From Pseudomonadota bacterium (GTDB lineage Bacteria; Desulfobacterota; Desulfobacteria; Desulfobacterales; RPRI01), in NCBI GenBank assembly GCA_043825875.1, contig JBDRRF010000012.1, forward strand, positions 1 to 32,649: DNA of 32,649 nt. The letters run 5' to 3'. A model generated the notes under the pieces. That model saw only the letters and a program-made list of their open reading frames with translations, had not been told where the DNA came from and ran no database searches. Shown here piece after piece: positions 18,510-28,123 of the stretch (its first letter is position 1; each line of letters begins with the position of its first letter). The translations under genes were made by a program, and so were the position numbers.

Positions 18510-21092
18510 ATGCGTTTTGATAAATTTACGATAAAATCACAAGAGGCCATAGGCAATGCGCAATCATTGGCCTCAAAAAATAATAACCAGCAGATAGAAC
18601 CCGAACATATGCTTTCTGCAATGTTAAGCGAGCAGGAAGGTATCGCAAGAGCAGTGTTAAACAAGCTTGGTGCTTCGCCTGATTCTGTTGCAAAAGAAGT
18701 TGAATCTTCGATTGAAAGATTTCCTAAAGTCAGGGGGGCCGGAGAAGTAAGTATTTCACAGCGTTTAAAAAATGTGCTTGATTCGGCTTTTGCAGAAGCC
18801 GATAAAATGAAAGATGAATATGTGAGTACCGAACATGTTCTTCTTGCCATATCTGATGAACGTGATGGTGAAGCATCCAAGATATTGAAACGCTATAATA
18901 TTACACGCGATTCGATATTAAAGGTTCTAGTGGATGTTCGCGGAAACCAGAGAATAACAGACCCAAATCCTGAAGAAAAGTACCAGGCATTAGATAAATA
19001 CAGCAGGGATCTTACAGACCTTGCAAGGCTTGGAAAGCTTGATCCGGTAATAGGAAGGGATGACGAAATAAGACGTATTGTGCAGGTTCTTTCCAGAAGA
19101 ACAAAAAACAACCCCGTTCTTATAGGAGAGCCGGGAGTTGGAAAAACCGCAATTGTAGAAGGACTGGCCAGAAGAATTGTGGAAGGAGATGTTCCCGAAA
19201 CTTTAAAAAACAGGCGGCTTGTTTCTCTTGATATGGGCGCATTGATAGCAGGCGCAAAATACAGGGGGGAATTTGAAGACCGCTTAAAAGCAGTTTTAAA
19301 GGAAGTAGAAAAAGCCGAGGGTGATATAATTCTGTTTATAGACGAGTTGCACACTCTTGTGGGAGCAGGAGCTGCAGAAGGATCAATGGATGCATCCAAT
19401 ATGTTAAAACCGGCACTTGCAAGAGGTACTCTTCGCTGTGTGGGAGCAACAACCTTAAATGAATACAGAAAATACATAGAAAAAGATGCCGCTCTTGAAA
19501 GAAGATTTCAGCCGGTAATGGTAAATGAACCAAGCGTTGAAGACACTATTTCAATTCTGCGCGGACTTAAGGAAAAATACGAAGTACATCATGGTGTAAG
19601 GATTATGGATTCGGCCATTATTGCAGCAGCCACTCTTTCCCACCGCTATATTTCAGACAGGTTCTTGCCTGATAAGGCGATAGATTTGATCGATGAATGC
19701 GCATCCAAATTAAGGATAGAAATTGACAGTATGCCTTCTGAAATTGATGAAATTCAGCGCAGAATCACTCAATATGAAATTGAGCGGGTAGCCTTAAAGA
19801 AGGAATCGGACCAGTCATCCAAAGACCGGCTTACAAAAATCGAAGCAGAGCTTTCCGATCTTAATGAAGAAATTAATGTAATGAAAGCGCACTGGAATAA
19901 GGAAAAAGAGCTTATACAGGTTATAAGAAAAATAAAAGAAGAAATCGAACATCTGGGAACAGCAGAACAGCAGGCAGAAAGAGAAGGCAATCTTGCCAAA
20001 GTTGCCGAGTTAAGATACGGAAAAGCCGCTGATCTTAGAAAACGTCTTGATGATGCGAATAAAAATCTTGAGTTGTTGCAAAACGAAAGAAAGATGCTCA
20101 AGGAAGAAGTGGATGACGAAGATATCGCAGAAGTCATATCCAAATGGACGGGAATTCCGGTCAGAAAAATGCTTGAGAGTGAAAGGGAAAAACTTGTAAG
20201 AATGGAAGATCGTCTGGCATTAAGAGTTATAGGCCAGGATGAAGCACTTGAGGCGGTTTCAAATGCCGTCAGAAGAGCAAGGTCAGGGATGCAGGACCCA
20301 AACAGACCGATAGGTTCATTTATATTCATGGGCCCCACAGGGGTTGGAAAAACCGAGCTTGCCAAAGCGCTTGCAGAGTTTATTTTTGACAGTGAGCAGG
20401 CAATGGTAAGAATTGATATGTCGGAATATATGGAAAAACATTCTGTATCAAGGCTTATCGGAGCGCCTCCCGGCTATGTTGGTTACGATGAAGGAGGATA
20501 TCTCACAGAAGCGGTCAGAAGAAAACCTTACTCGGTAGTACTTTTTGATGAAATAGAAAAAGCCCACCAGGATGTTTTTAATGTTCTTTTGCAGATTTTG
20601 GATGACGGCAGAATGACGGATGGCCACGGAAGAACCGTAGATTTTAAAAACACCATTATTATAATGACTTCTAATGTCGGAAGCCAGTGGATACAGGAAC
20701 TGGGAATATCAAGACGTGATGAGATGGAAAAAAAGGTTACGGAAGTATTAAAGGCAAGTTTTAAGCCTGAATTCTTAAACAGGATAGATGAAACAATAAT
20801 TTTTCACAACCTTTCGCCGGAACAAATCGGAGAAATAGTAAAAATTCAGATTAAAAAACTTGAGGCAAGGCTTGCTGAAAAAAATATCAACCTTGTTTTA
20901 TCAGAGGATGCCATAAAGCTTATTGTAGATAAAGGCTATGACCCGGTATATGGAGCGCGTCCGTTAAAACGAGCTATCCAGAAATATCTGGAAAACCCTC
21001 TTTCGATAGAAATACTTAAAGGGGAAATCAAAGAGGGAAGCATGGTCAAAGCGGAAGTTTGGGGTGATAATACTATAGTTTTTAATCATTAA
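18510..21092 (+). CDS. clpB: ATP-dependent chaperone ClpB
   Basis: Clp N-domain, two AAA+ modules ([16 protein letters not shown]), AKYRGEFE, long coiled-coil M domain, [24 protein letters not shown]. Confidence 0.98.
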   Translation: MRFDKFTIKSQEAIGNAQSLASKNNNQQIEPEHMLSAMLSEQEGIARAVLNKLGASPDSVAKEVESSIERFPKVRGAGEVSISQRLKNVLDSAFAEADKMKDEYVSTEHVLLAISDERDGEASKILKRYNITRDSILKVLVDVRGNQRITDPNPEEKYQALDKYSRDLTDLARLGKLDPVIGRDDEIRRIVQVLSRRTKNNPVLIGEPGVGKTAIVEGLARRIVEGDVPETLKNRRLVSLDMGALIAGAKYRGEFEDRLKAVLKEVEKAEGDIILFIDELHTLVGAGAAEGSMDASNMLKPALARGTLRCVGATTLNEYRKYIEKDAALERRFQPVMVNEPSVEDTISILRGLKEKYEVHHGVRIMDSAIIAAATLSHRYISDRFLPDKAIDLIDECASKLRIEIDSMPSEIDEIQRRITQYEIERVALKKESDQSSKDRLTKIEAELSDLNEEINVMKAHWNKEKELIQVIRKIKEEIEHLGTAEQQAEREGNLAKVAELRYGKAADLRKRLDDANKNLELLQNERKMLKEEVDDEDIAEVISKWTGIPVRKMLESEREKLVRMEDRLALRVIGQDEALEAVSNAVRRARSGMQDPNRPIGSFIFMGPTGVGKTELAKALAEFIFDSEQAMVRIDMSEYMEKHSVSRLIGAPPGYVGYDEGGYLTEAVRRKPYSVVLFDEIEKAHQDVFNVLLQILDDGRMTDGHGRTVDFKNTIIIMTSNVGSQWIQELGISRRDEMEKKVTEVLKASFKPEFLNRIDETIIFHNLSPEQIGEIVKIQIKKLEARLAEKNINLVLSEDAIKLIVDKGYDPVYGARPLKRAIQKYLENPLSIEILKGEIKEGSMVKAEVWGDNTIVFNH

Positions 21093-21122
21093 GGATCATA
21101 TCCAAAAGAATTGATCCAAATG

Positions 21123-21397
21123 AAGGGTTCAAGGGGTCCAGGGGCCAAGGATTCGAGTGAAATGATTAAAAATTATAAAGCGGTAAGTGTTTGGCAAAAA
21201 CCGTAAAAGCTTTGTTTGCATATGGCTCAGGTTTGTGAATTGGAAACCCAAATGATGATATCTGGTGACTTGGGTTATGTGGGATAAGAGAGGTTTCAGG
21301 AAATAAGAGAGGAGATAGGGGGTGTCGAGAGAAAGCTAAAAGCGATGATCAAATCCCTGGAAAACAAACACTTGAATCCTGGACTCCTTGAACCCTT
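21123..21397. repeat. Inverted arms of degenerate tandem octamers enclosing a decayed gene
   Basis: Left arm AAGGGTTCAAGGGGTCCAGGGGCCAAGGATTCGAGTG (21123-21159). Right arm CACTTGAATCCTGGACTCCTTGAACCCTT (21369-21397). The arms are complementary apart from one extra 8-mer unit and 2 mismatches. Confidence 0.8.
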
Positions 21398-21428
21398 TTT
21401 TCCAATTAATTGGCAGAACCATCATTAA
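21162..21428 (+). pseudogene. Decayed four-helix-bundle protein (23S rRNA IVP/TIGR02436-like)
   Basis: Hand translation: MIKNYKAVSVWQKP*KLCLHMAQVCELETQMMISGDLGYVG*ERFQEIREEIGGVERKLKAMIKSLENKHLNP... Family-like VWQK, ELETQ and DLGY are present, with two in-frame TAA (21204, 21285). The conserved core (QIRRxAVSIPSNIAEG) is missing. Confidence 0.75.
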
Positions 21429-21443
21429 TAACGCAAAATTTTC

Positions 21444-21484
21444 AAACCCCCGGCGAAAATTTATTCGTCGGGGGTTTTCTTTTC
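21444..21484 (+). terminator. Intrinsic terminator-like hairpin overlapping the 3' end of the opposing gene
   Basis: AAACCCCCGGCGAA (21444-21457)/TTCGTCGGGGGTTT (21464-21477) followed by a T-rich tract. Confidence 0.65.
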
Positions 21485-21904
21485 GTTCTCTGTTTTAGGC
21501 AGTATTTCCGACCGGATTTCGGAATAAAGCTTTTGTGTTTCATGCAAAATCCGGTTTTCGGTTTCTTGTTTTGCCTTGTCAAGAATCAAATCGCTTTCAT
21601 GCTTTGCTTCTTTTATGGTTTCAAAAAGTTTTTGTTCCGCTTCTTGTAAGAGATTTTCTCTGGAAGCTTTTAAACCGGATTGGTTTTCATTAATGTTTTT
21701 GTTTATCTCTTTTATCTCACTAATAAGAGTTTCTTTTTGTATCTTAAGATTCTCCAATTCTTCCGAGAGCTTTTTCTTATGGCCTTTCAAAAAATCAATG
21801 AGCGGTTTTGCGGCAAACTTTACAAACAGCAAAAGCAAGATCACAATGTTTGCCAATAGTAAGGCAGAATCTGATAAATATTGCATAATATTGGAATCCA
21901 TCAT
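21461..21904 (-). CDS. ATP synthase F0 subunit b/b'-like protein (orphan)
   Basis: N-terminal TM ending NIVILLLLFVKFAAKPLIDFL, followed by a long charged coiled coil (EAKHESDLILDKAK). 147 aa. Confidence 0.7.
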   Translation of the reverse strand: MMDSNIMQYLSDSALLLANIVILLLLFVKFAAKPLIDFLKGHKKKLSEELENLKIQKETLISEIKEINKNINENQSGLKASRENLLQEAEQKLFETIKEAKHESDLILDKAKQETENRILHETQKLYSEIRSEILPKTENEKKTPDE

Positions 21905-22012
21905 ATTTCATTAAGATATTTACAAGCTTAGGTAACATGTGATAGTTTTAGAGAAATTTTCCCAAAATACAAGCTTTAAAGTGTAAGGAAAGCTAAAAAA
22001 ACTTAAATACAT

Positions 22013-22154
22013 GAGCCACTTTCAAAACGTTTCAGTTTGGTCAAGCTCAAGGCGGGAGAAAATTTCAACCACAGGAATACATTTAGTATTTTGAGGATTG
22101 AAATTTGAGCCCAACGCAGAGATCGGCCAAAATGGGGCGTTTTGAAACTGGCTC
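22013..22154. mobile_element. 142-bp MITE-like palindromic element, copy 1
   Basis: 17-bp terminal inverted repeats GAGCCACTTTCAAAACG/CGTTTTGAAACTGGCTC (1 mismatch) and an internal hairpin. 139/142 identical to 27751-27892. Flanks ACAT/GCAT. Confidence 0.85.
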
Positions 22155-22170
22155 GCATCTATACTAAATT

Positions 22171-23160
22171 ATGTTGACTTCAGCATCTGAAAAACTGAAT
22201 AAATTCTACAGCCATTTTACAGGCAAAGATAATGTGCTGGTTTTAATAAATGCCGATCCCGATGCTATTGCCTGCGCAATGGCGGTTAAAAGACTTTTAT
22301 GGGGAAAGGTAAACAGTGTTACAATTTCAAATATAAATATAATAAAACGCCCTGATAACCTGGCAATGATAAGATTGCTTGGCGTAAATCTTGTACATAT
22401 AAATCAGATAGACGGGAAAAAATATACCCGTTTTGTAATGGTTGATTCACAGCCAAATCATAATGAGGCTTTCTCAAAATTTAAATATAATATCATTATC
22501 GACCATCACCCTGAAACAAATTATGAAGCTGAATTTAAAGATATAAGGCCTCAATATGGCGCAACCGCAAGTATACTTACCGAATATTTAAGAGCTGCAA
22601 AGATAAAACCTGCATATAAGCTTGCAACTGCTTTGTATTATGCCATTAAGATTGATACCAGCGATTTTGAAAGAAAAGCTGTGGTTGAAGATATCAAAGC
22701 TTTTCAGTTTCTTTTCAGACATGCAAATATTAATATTGCCAGAAAAATAGAGCAGGCGGAACTGAGCTTAGGCTTTTTGAAATACTTCAAATACGCTCTT
22801 GAAACCATGAAAAAGCGTAAAGGGAAAATATTTGTTCATGCAGGACAAGTTGTTAATCCGGATATCTGTGTACTTCTGGCAGATTTCTTTATGAAAGTCA
22901 GTTATATAAAATGGAGTATCGTTTCCGGCATATATAATGATGTTCTTGTGGTTATTTTAAGAAACGATGGTTTACGAAAAAATGCAGGCAATGTTGCAAA
23001 AGATGCTTTCGGAAATTTAGGTTCTGCGGGAGGGCATAAAAGCATGGCAAGGGCCGAATTTCCCGTTTCAGCTTTAAAGGATAATCTTGACCTTGCAAAC
23101 GATGAAATGGTTTTAAAGTGGATAATCACCAGGATAGAAAAAAAGCCCCGCAAAAAGTAA
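22171..23160 (+). CDS. DHH family phosphoesterase
   Basis: ADPDA, MVDSQ, IIDHHP, GATASI, IDT, C-terminal DHHA1-like SAGGHKSMA. Confidence 0.9.
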   Translation: MLTSASEKLNKFYSHFTGKDNVLVLINADPDAIACAMAVKRLLWGKVNSVTISNINIIKRPDNLAMIRLLGVNLVHINQIDGKKYTRFVMVDSQPNHNEAFSKFKYNIIIDHHPETNYEAEFKDIRPQYGATASILTEYLRAAKIKPAYKLATALYYAIKIDTSDFERKAVVEDIKAFQFLFRHANINIARKIEQAELSLGFLKYFKYALETMKKRKGKIFVHAGQVVNPDICVLLADFFMKVSYIKWSIVSGIYNDVLVVILRNDGLRKNAGNVAKDAFGNLGSAGGHKSMARAEFPVSALKDNLDLANDEMVLKWIITRIEKKPRKK

Positions 23161-23180
23161 CGGGCTCTTATAATAAAAAG

Positions 23181-23948
23181 ATGTCCGTTACAATACTTGG
23201 TTCCGGAACTTGTGTCCCGTCACTTAAAAGAAGTTCCTGTTCCGTTTTGATTGAAACAGGAAAAATAAAAATTCTCATTGACTGCGGTGCAGGCACTATA
23301 AGAAGGCTTCTTGAAAACGGCACCCAAATATATGACATATCACATATTTTAATAAGTCATTTTCATCCCGACCATACAGGAGAATTAATATCTTTTCTTT
23401 TTGCCAATAAATATCCTGACGGCAGCAGACGCAAAATGCCTTTGTCTATAATCGGTGGGCAAGGGGTATTAAATTTTTATGCCGGACTTAAAGCAGTATT
23501 TGGTAACTGGATAGATCTTATGCCTTGTGTTTTAAATATAATTGAACTTGATACTTATAAAAAAGATATGCGATTAGATGATGCTGTTTTAGAATATACG
23601 CCGGTAGAACACAACGAAGAAAGCCTTGCTTATAAGGTTACCGGAAGCAATGGTTGTAGTATTGTTTATTCGGGTGATACTGATTATTGTGATAACCTGA
23701 TTGAAATTTCTTATAATGCGGATTTATTGATCTGCGAATCTGCTCTTCCGGATGAATTAAAAGTTAATGGGCATTTAACGCCTTCTGTTGCCGGTGAGAT
23801 AGCTGCCAAAGCAAAGGTTAAAAAGCTTATTTTAACTCATTTGTACCCGGAATGTGACAAGGTTGATATCAGGGCTCAATGCAAAAAAACCTATCCCGGC
23901 GATCTTATAATAGCCGAAGATCTGATGAAGGTATATCTGCCGGGGTAA
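23181..23948 (+). CDS. MBL-fold hydrolase, ribonuclease Z/BN-like
   Basis: TILGSG, LIDCG, SHFHPDH, YSGDT, LLICES, GHLT, LILTHLYP. ATG 23181 is preferred over the GTG at 23118, which overlaps the upstream gene. Confidence 0.88.
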   Translation: MSVTILGSGTCVPSLKRSSCSVLIETGKIKILIDCGAGTIRRLLENGTQIYDISHILISHFHPDHTGELISFLFANKYPDGSRRKMPLSIIGGQGVLNFYAGLKAVFGNWIDLMPCVLNIIELDTYKKDMRLDDAVLEYTPVEHNEESLAYKVTGSNGCSIVYSGDTDYCDNLIEISYNADLLICESALPDELKVNGHLTPSVAGEIAAKAKVKKLILTHLYPECDKVDIRAQCKKTYPGDLIIAEDLMKVYLPG

Positions 23949-23989
23949 TTCACATAAGCATAAACAATGAATGAGGAGAAAAAAATCGG

Positions 23990-24673
23990 GTGAGATATTA
24001 TCCGGTAAATCTTGATATTAAAAACCGACCATGTCTTGTGGTGGGAGGCGGAGATGTTGGCACACGTAAAGTCATGACTCTTTTGGAATGTGGCGCTTTA
24101 GTGACTGTCGTAAGCCTTGCCGTAAGCAATAAACTGTTAAATCTTGCAGAAACCGGGGTGGTTGCATTAAAAAAACGTGCCTATGTTGAGTCCGACCTTA
24201 ATGAAATGTTTCTTGTTATATGCGCAACTGATAATGAGACACTTAACAGGCAGGTAAGTATGGATGCAAAAAAGTTAAATATGTTATGTAATGTTGCCGA
24301 CAGGCCCGAAGCCTGTAACTTCATTCTTCCGGCGCTTGTAAAAAGAGGCGATCTTATAATAGCTGTTTCAACTTCGGGGAAAAGCCCTGCATTTGCAAAA
24401 AAAATAAGAAAAGATCTTGAGAAACAATATGGCGATGAATATGCCCGGTTTTTAAAACTTATGGGAGCTGTCAGGAAAAAACTTTTAAGTACAAAACACG
24501 AACCTGAAGCTCATAAGCATCTTTTTGAAGAACTGATAGATAAAAATCTTGTTCAGATGATAAAAGATTCTGACACTGATAAGATTAATTCCGTTCTTTT
24601 TGAAGTTCTTGGAAAAGGATATGAATTTTATGACCTTACAAAGCAAAAAGACCACGGTATAACAAATGAATGA
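23990..24673 (+). CDS. sirC: Precorrin-2 dehydrogenase / sirohydrochlorin ferrochelatase (SirC/Met8-like)
   Basis: YYPVNL, VVGGGDVGTRK, ATDN, CNVAD, FILPA, VSTSGKSPA. GTG start; same gene run as hemA. Confidence 0.88.
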   Translation: MRYYPVNLDIKNRPCLVVGGGDVGTRKVMTLLECGALVTVVSLAVSNKLLNLAETGVVALKKRAYVESDLNEMFLVICATDNETLNRQVSMDAKKLNMLCNVADRPEACNFILPALVKRGDLIIAVSTSGKSPAFAKKIRKDLEKQYGDEYARFLKLMGAVRKKLLSTKHEPEAHKHLFEELIDKNLVQMIKDSDTDKINSVLFEVLGKGYEFYDLTKQKDHGITNE

Positions 24674-25484
24674 TCTGATAATTATAACCAGTTTGCTGTA
24701 TATATTAAGCGCTGCGGGATATATTTTATTTTTATTTCTACAGAAGCAGTATTTTCACAGGCTTGGCCACATATTTCTTGCATTAGGCTTTTTTTGCAAT
24801 TCAATACTGATAGGTTATCAGTACGCAAAAACAGGCCAATTGCCTGTGAGAAATTTACATGAAACACTGCTTATTACAGGTTGGGCGATTGCCGGGGTTT
24901 ATTTTGCTTTTCATTACAAATTTAAAATTAAAATTCTTGGCGGATATGCCGCGTTTCTCGCTGCTTTATCTCTTGTTGCTGCAATGCTTGCTTCCGGAAA
25001 ATATGTTGAATCGCAACCGATTTTCAATAGTATCTGGCTGATAATGCATGTTGTTTCAATATTTATCGGCCATGCCGCTTTTGCGCTGGCCTGCGGGCTG
25101 GGTCTTTTGTACATTGCCCAGGAAAATGCCATCAAGAAAAAAAAGCACGGCTTTTTTTACAAGCGGCTTCCTTCGCTTAATTTGCTTGACAGTATCGGTT
25201 ACGCCTGCATAATAGCCGGTTTTACTTTACTTACCGCAGGACTTATAACCGGCTTTGTTTATGCCAAGGTAGTCTGGGGAAAATTCTGGAGCTGGGATCC
25301 TAAAGAGGTTTGGGCCGGCATAACATGGTTGTTATATGCGGCACTTCTTCATGGTCGATTGACTATTGGCTGGAGAGGAAGAAAAGCTGCGATAATGGCT
25401 ATCATTGGATTTGTGGTTGTACTTTTTACTTTTTTTGGAGTTAATTTTCTTCTGAAAGGGCATCACGTAGTATTTACACGATAA
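24666..25484 (+). CDS. ccsA: Cytochrome c biogenesis CcsA/CcsB (HemX-like) membrane protein
   Basis: Multiple TMs, WLIMHV, RLPSL, WWD motif WGKFWSWDPKE, GWRGRK, C-terminal His. Confidence 0.88.
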   Translation: MNDLIIITSLLYILSAAGYILFLFLQKQYFHRLGHIFLALGFFCNSILIGYQYAKTGQLPVRNLHETLLITGWAIAGVYFAFHYKFKIKILGGYAAFLAALSLVAAMLASGKYVESQPIFNSIWLIMHVVSIFIGHAAFALACGLGLLYIAQENAIKKKKHGFFYKRLPSLNLLDSIGYACIIAGFTLLTAGLITGFVYAKVVWGKFWSWDPKEVWAGITWLLYAALLHGRLTIGWRGRKAAIMAIIGFVVVLFTFFGVNFLLKGHHVVFTR

Positions 25485-25505
25485 CACCGGGTGCTTAAAA
25501 TATAT

Positions 25506-26783
25506 ATGCTTGAAATTGTATTGCTTGGATTAAATCATAAAACCGCTCCGGTGGAAATAAGAGAGTGTCTTGCTGTTTCAAAAGACGAAACAGCGGCTAT
25601 GCTTGACGCCATTAAAGAAGCGGATTCAATAAATGAAGTCGTGCTTTTTTCAACATGCAATCGTGTTGAAATATTAATGGCGGTTAATGATAAAGCAATA
25701 GCGGTTGATACAGCAAAAAAACAACTTTCGGCATTTAAAAACGTACCTCTTTCCAAATTCGAACAAGCAATTTATGTTTACGAAGGCGAAGAAGCCGTTC
25801 GTCACATATTCAGGGTTGCATCTAGCCTTGATTCTATGATGATAGGCGAGCCTCAGATTTTAGGGCAGATAAAAGAAGCTTACCATATTGCAACAATAAG
25901 AAAAACTTCCGGAGTGATATTAAACAGGCTTCTACATAGAACTTTTTTTGTGGCAAAAAGAGTAAGAACCGAAACCGGAATTGGTGGCCATGCCGTTTCT
26001 ATAAGCTATGCGGCAATTGAGCTTGCCCGTAAAATTTTTGGATTGCTCGAAGAAAAGAAAGTACTTTTGATAGGCGCAGGAGAAATGGCTGAAATTGCTG
26101 TTGAGCATCTTATCAGAAACAAAGTAAAAGAAATTTTTATAGCCAACAGAACATTAAAAAATGGGCTTGAGCTTGCAAGAAGATTCGGTGGTAGTATTAT
26201 TTCTTTTGAAGAGATCCCCGAATTTATTAAACAGGTGGATATTATTATAAGCTCAACAGGCTCACCCGATATAATAATTACAAAAGATCAGGTAAAGCAT
26301 ATAATGCCTGACAGAAAAAACCGTCCTCTTTTCTTTATTGATATCGCAGTTCCAAGAGATATTGATCCTTCAATAAATAAGATTAATAATACTTATGTGT
26401 ATGATATAGATGATTTAAATGGTGTTATTGATGAGAATATCGAAGATAGAAACAAAGAGGCCATCAAGGGTGAAAGAATTATTGATGAAGCGGTTATCAG
26501 CTTTAAAAAATGGTATGACAATCTTGGCGCTGTTCCTACCATTGTAGAGTTAAGAAATAAAATTGATTTAATCGTATCAGAAGAAATTGATAAAACCATG
26601 CAATCCATCAATCTTTCTGACAGGCTTTCGGAAAGCGACAGGCAGGCTTTGGGCAGGATGAAAAATGCCCTGATAAACAAAATTATGCATAATCCTATTC
26701 ATTTATTAAAAAAAGACGGCTGTCACTCAAGCAATTCAATATATATTGATGTTGTTCGCAAATTATTTAAACTTGATGATTAA
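25506..26783 (+). CDS. hemA: Glutamyl-tRNA reductase
   Basis: GLNHKTAP, STCNRVE, SLDSMMIGEPQILGQ, GAGEM, ANRT, DIAVPRDI. ATG 25506 is preferred (GTG 25491 possible). Confidence 0.97.
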   Translation: MLEIVLLGLNHKTAPVEIRECLAVSKDETAAMLDAIKEADSINEVVLFSTCNRVEILMAVNDKAIAVDTAKKQLSAFKNVPLSKFEQAIYVYEGEEAVRHIFRVASSLDSMMIGEPQILGQIKEAYHIATIRKTSGVILNRLLHRTFFVAKRVRTETGIGGHAVSISYAAIELARKIFGLLEEKKVLLIGAGEMAEIAVEHLIRNKVKEIFIANRTLKNGLELARRFGGSIISFEEIPEFIKQVDIIISSTGSPDIIITKDQVKHIMPDRKNRPLFFIDIAVPRDIDPSINKINNTYVYDIDDLNGVIDENIEDRNKEAIKGERIIDEAVISFKKWYDNLGAVPTIVELRNKIDLIVSEEIDKTMQSINLSDRLSESDRQALGRMKNALINKIMHNPIHLLKKDGCHSSNSIYIDVVRKLFKLDD

Positions 26784-26805
26784 ACCATTAAAACTGGAGG
26801 CTGAT

Positions 26806-27744
26806 TTGAAAAAAATTGCATTTCTGTTTCCCGGACAGGGATCACAAAGCGTTGGCATGGGGCTTGATTTTTATCAGGAATTTGTTTTTGTTAAAGAGAT
26901 TTTTGAAATGGCTTCGGAAATATGTAAAATGGACTTTTCAAAGCTGTGCTTTAAAGGCCCTATGGAAGATCTGACACAAACAATCAATCTTCAGCCTTGT
27001 GTAACAGCAGTAAATCTTTCATGCCTGTCAGCCATTGAAAAAGAAGGCATTGTACCGGCTTTTTCTGCCGGGCACAGCCTGGGAGAATACAGCGCTCTTT
27101 GTGCAGCTAAAGCAGTTTCAAACGAGGATACAATTAAACTTGTTTTTAAACGCGGGCAGCTCATGCACCGCGAATCGCTTAAGCATAAAGGAGCCATGCA
27201 TGCGATAATCGGTCTGTCTATAGAAGATGTTGATCAGATAGTATCGGAAATACAAAATAAGGGTATTGTATCAGTTGCAAATCATAACACAAAGACTCAG
27301 ATCGTTATAACCGGCGAACCGGAAGCAGTACAAAAAGCTTCTGATATTGCATGTGAAAAAGGCGCAAAGGCAATACCGTTAAAAGTTAGCGGGGCATGGC
27401 ATTCCGAATTAATCAGAGGGGCGGAAGAAGAGTTTATAGAATATCTTGACACGGTTTCTTTTAAAAAAACCGTAACACCTGTTATCCACAATGTAAGTGC
27501 TGATATCTCATCGGAACCTTCAGAAATAAAAGACCTTGTTGGAAAACAGTTGTGCAGCCCGGTAAAATGGTTTGATTCAGTCAACAGATTGATCAATGAG
27601 CAGGTTGAAATATTTGTTGAAATCGGGCCAGGCACAGTGCTGACCGGGCTTGTGAAAAAAATCTTGCCAAAGGATTATCCTTTTAAAGCATATAGTATCA
27701 ACTCGTTAAAAAATTATGAAAATTTTATAAATGAAGTCAAATGA
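26806..27744 (+). CDS. fabD: Malonyl-CoA:ACP transacylase
   Basis: FPGQGSQ, GHSLGEY, VANHN, VSGAWHS, PVKW, EIGPG. TTG at 26806 follows GGAGG. Confidence 0.96.
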   Translation: MKKIAFLFPGQGSQSVGMGLDFYQEFVFVKEIFEMASEICKMDFSKLCFKGPMEDLTQTINLQPCVTAVNLSCLSAIEKEGIVPAFSAGHSLGEYSALCAAKAVSNEDTIKLVFKRGQLMHRESLKHKGAMHAIIGLSIEDVDQIVSEIQNKGIVSVANHNTKTQIVITGEPEAVQKASDIACEKGAKAIPLKVSGAWHSELIRGAEEEFIEYLDTVSFKKTVTPVIHNVSADISSEPSEIKDLVGKQLCSPVKWFDSVNRLINEQVEIFVEIGPGTVLTGLVKKILPKDYPFKAYSINSLKNYENFINEVK

Positions 27745-27750
27745 GCCATA

Positions 27751-27892
27751 GAGCCACTTTCAAAACGTTTCAGTTTGGTCAAGCTCAAGGCGGGAGAAAA
27801 TTTCAACCACAGGAATACATTGAGTATTTCGAGGATCGAAATTTGAGCCCAACGCAGAGATCGGCCAAAATGGGGCGTTTTGAAACTGGCTC
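27751..27892. mobile_element. 142-bp MITE-like palindromic element, copy 2
   Basis: Same TIRs as copy 1 with 3 substitutions overall. Flanked by a perfect 4-bp direct repeat CATA (27747-27750, 27893-27896). Confidence 0.87.
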
Positions 27893-27898
27893 CATAAT

Positions 27899-28123
27899 TG
27901 ATGAATTCGCAAAAAGTCCCCAAACCGTCATATTGGCGAAAGAGACTGTGTCGCAATTAGAAAAAATGTCATTCCGAACGCATGTGAGGAATCTGAACAT
28001 TCTGAATTTATTGAAACCAAGATTTCTCGCTTCGCTTCGAAATGACACAAAAATGAATTATGGCACAGTCCCGAAAGCCGGCATGACGAAACAGGGATTT
28101 TAAGACTTTTTACAAGCCCATCA
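27899..28123. repeat. REP/MITE-like outer element interrupted by a nested insertion
   Basis: Imperfect terminal repeats GATGAATTCGCAAAAAGTC/GACTTTTTACAAGCCCATC (14/19). The internal hairpin CGTCATATTGGC-GAAA-GCCGGCATGACG is restored when the insert is removed. Confidence 0.7.
27943..28071. mobile_element. 129-bp nested palindromic MITE-like element
   Basis: Ends GACTGTGTCGCAATT/AATTATGGCACAGTC. Internal inverted pair GTCATTCCGAACG..GAGGAATCT/AGATTTCTC..CTTCGAAATGAC. Flanked by direct repeat CGAAAG (27937-27942, 28072-28077). Confidence 0.78.

Noticed and set aside
18497..20365. Long antisense ORFs (127, 194 and 198 aa) opposite clpB
   Set aside because: Typical shadow ORFs of a conserved gene. 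The same applies to those opposite dnaK, ftsH, nadB, folP, fabD and the ROK gene.
21162..21428. Diversity-generating retroelement suggested by the Avd-like four-helix-bundle relic
   Set aside because: No reverse transcriptase and no TR/VR pair with adenine-specific mismatches in the window.
22013..27892. Composite transposon or CRISPR interpretation of the two 142-bp copies
   Set aside because: No transposase is present, the enclosed genes are core metabolism, copy 2 has its own target duplication (independent insertion), and there is no repeat-spacer periodicity.
27741..28103. 120-aa plus-strand ORF and the overlapping 80/81-aa minus-strand ORFs
   Set aside because: They run entirely across the stacked palindromic repeats, have no recognisable motifs and are likely chance reading frames.
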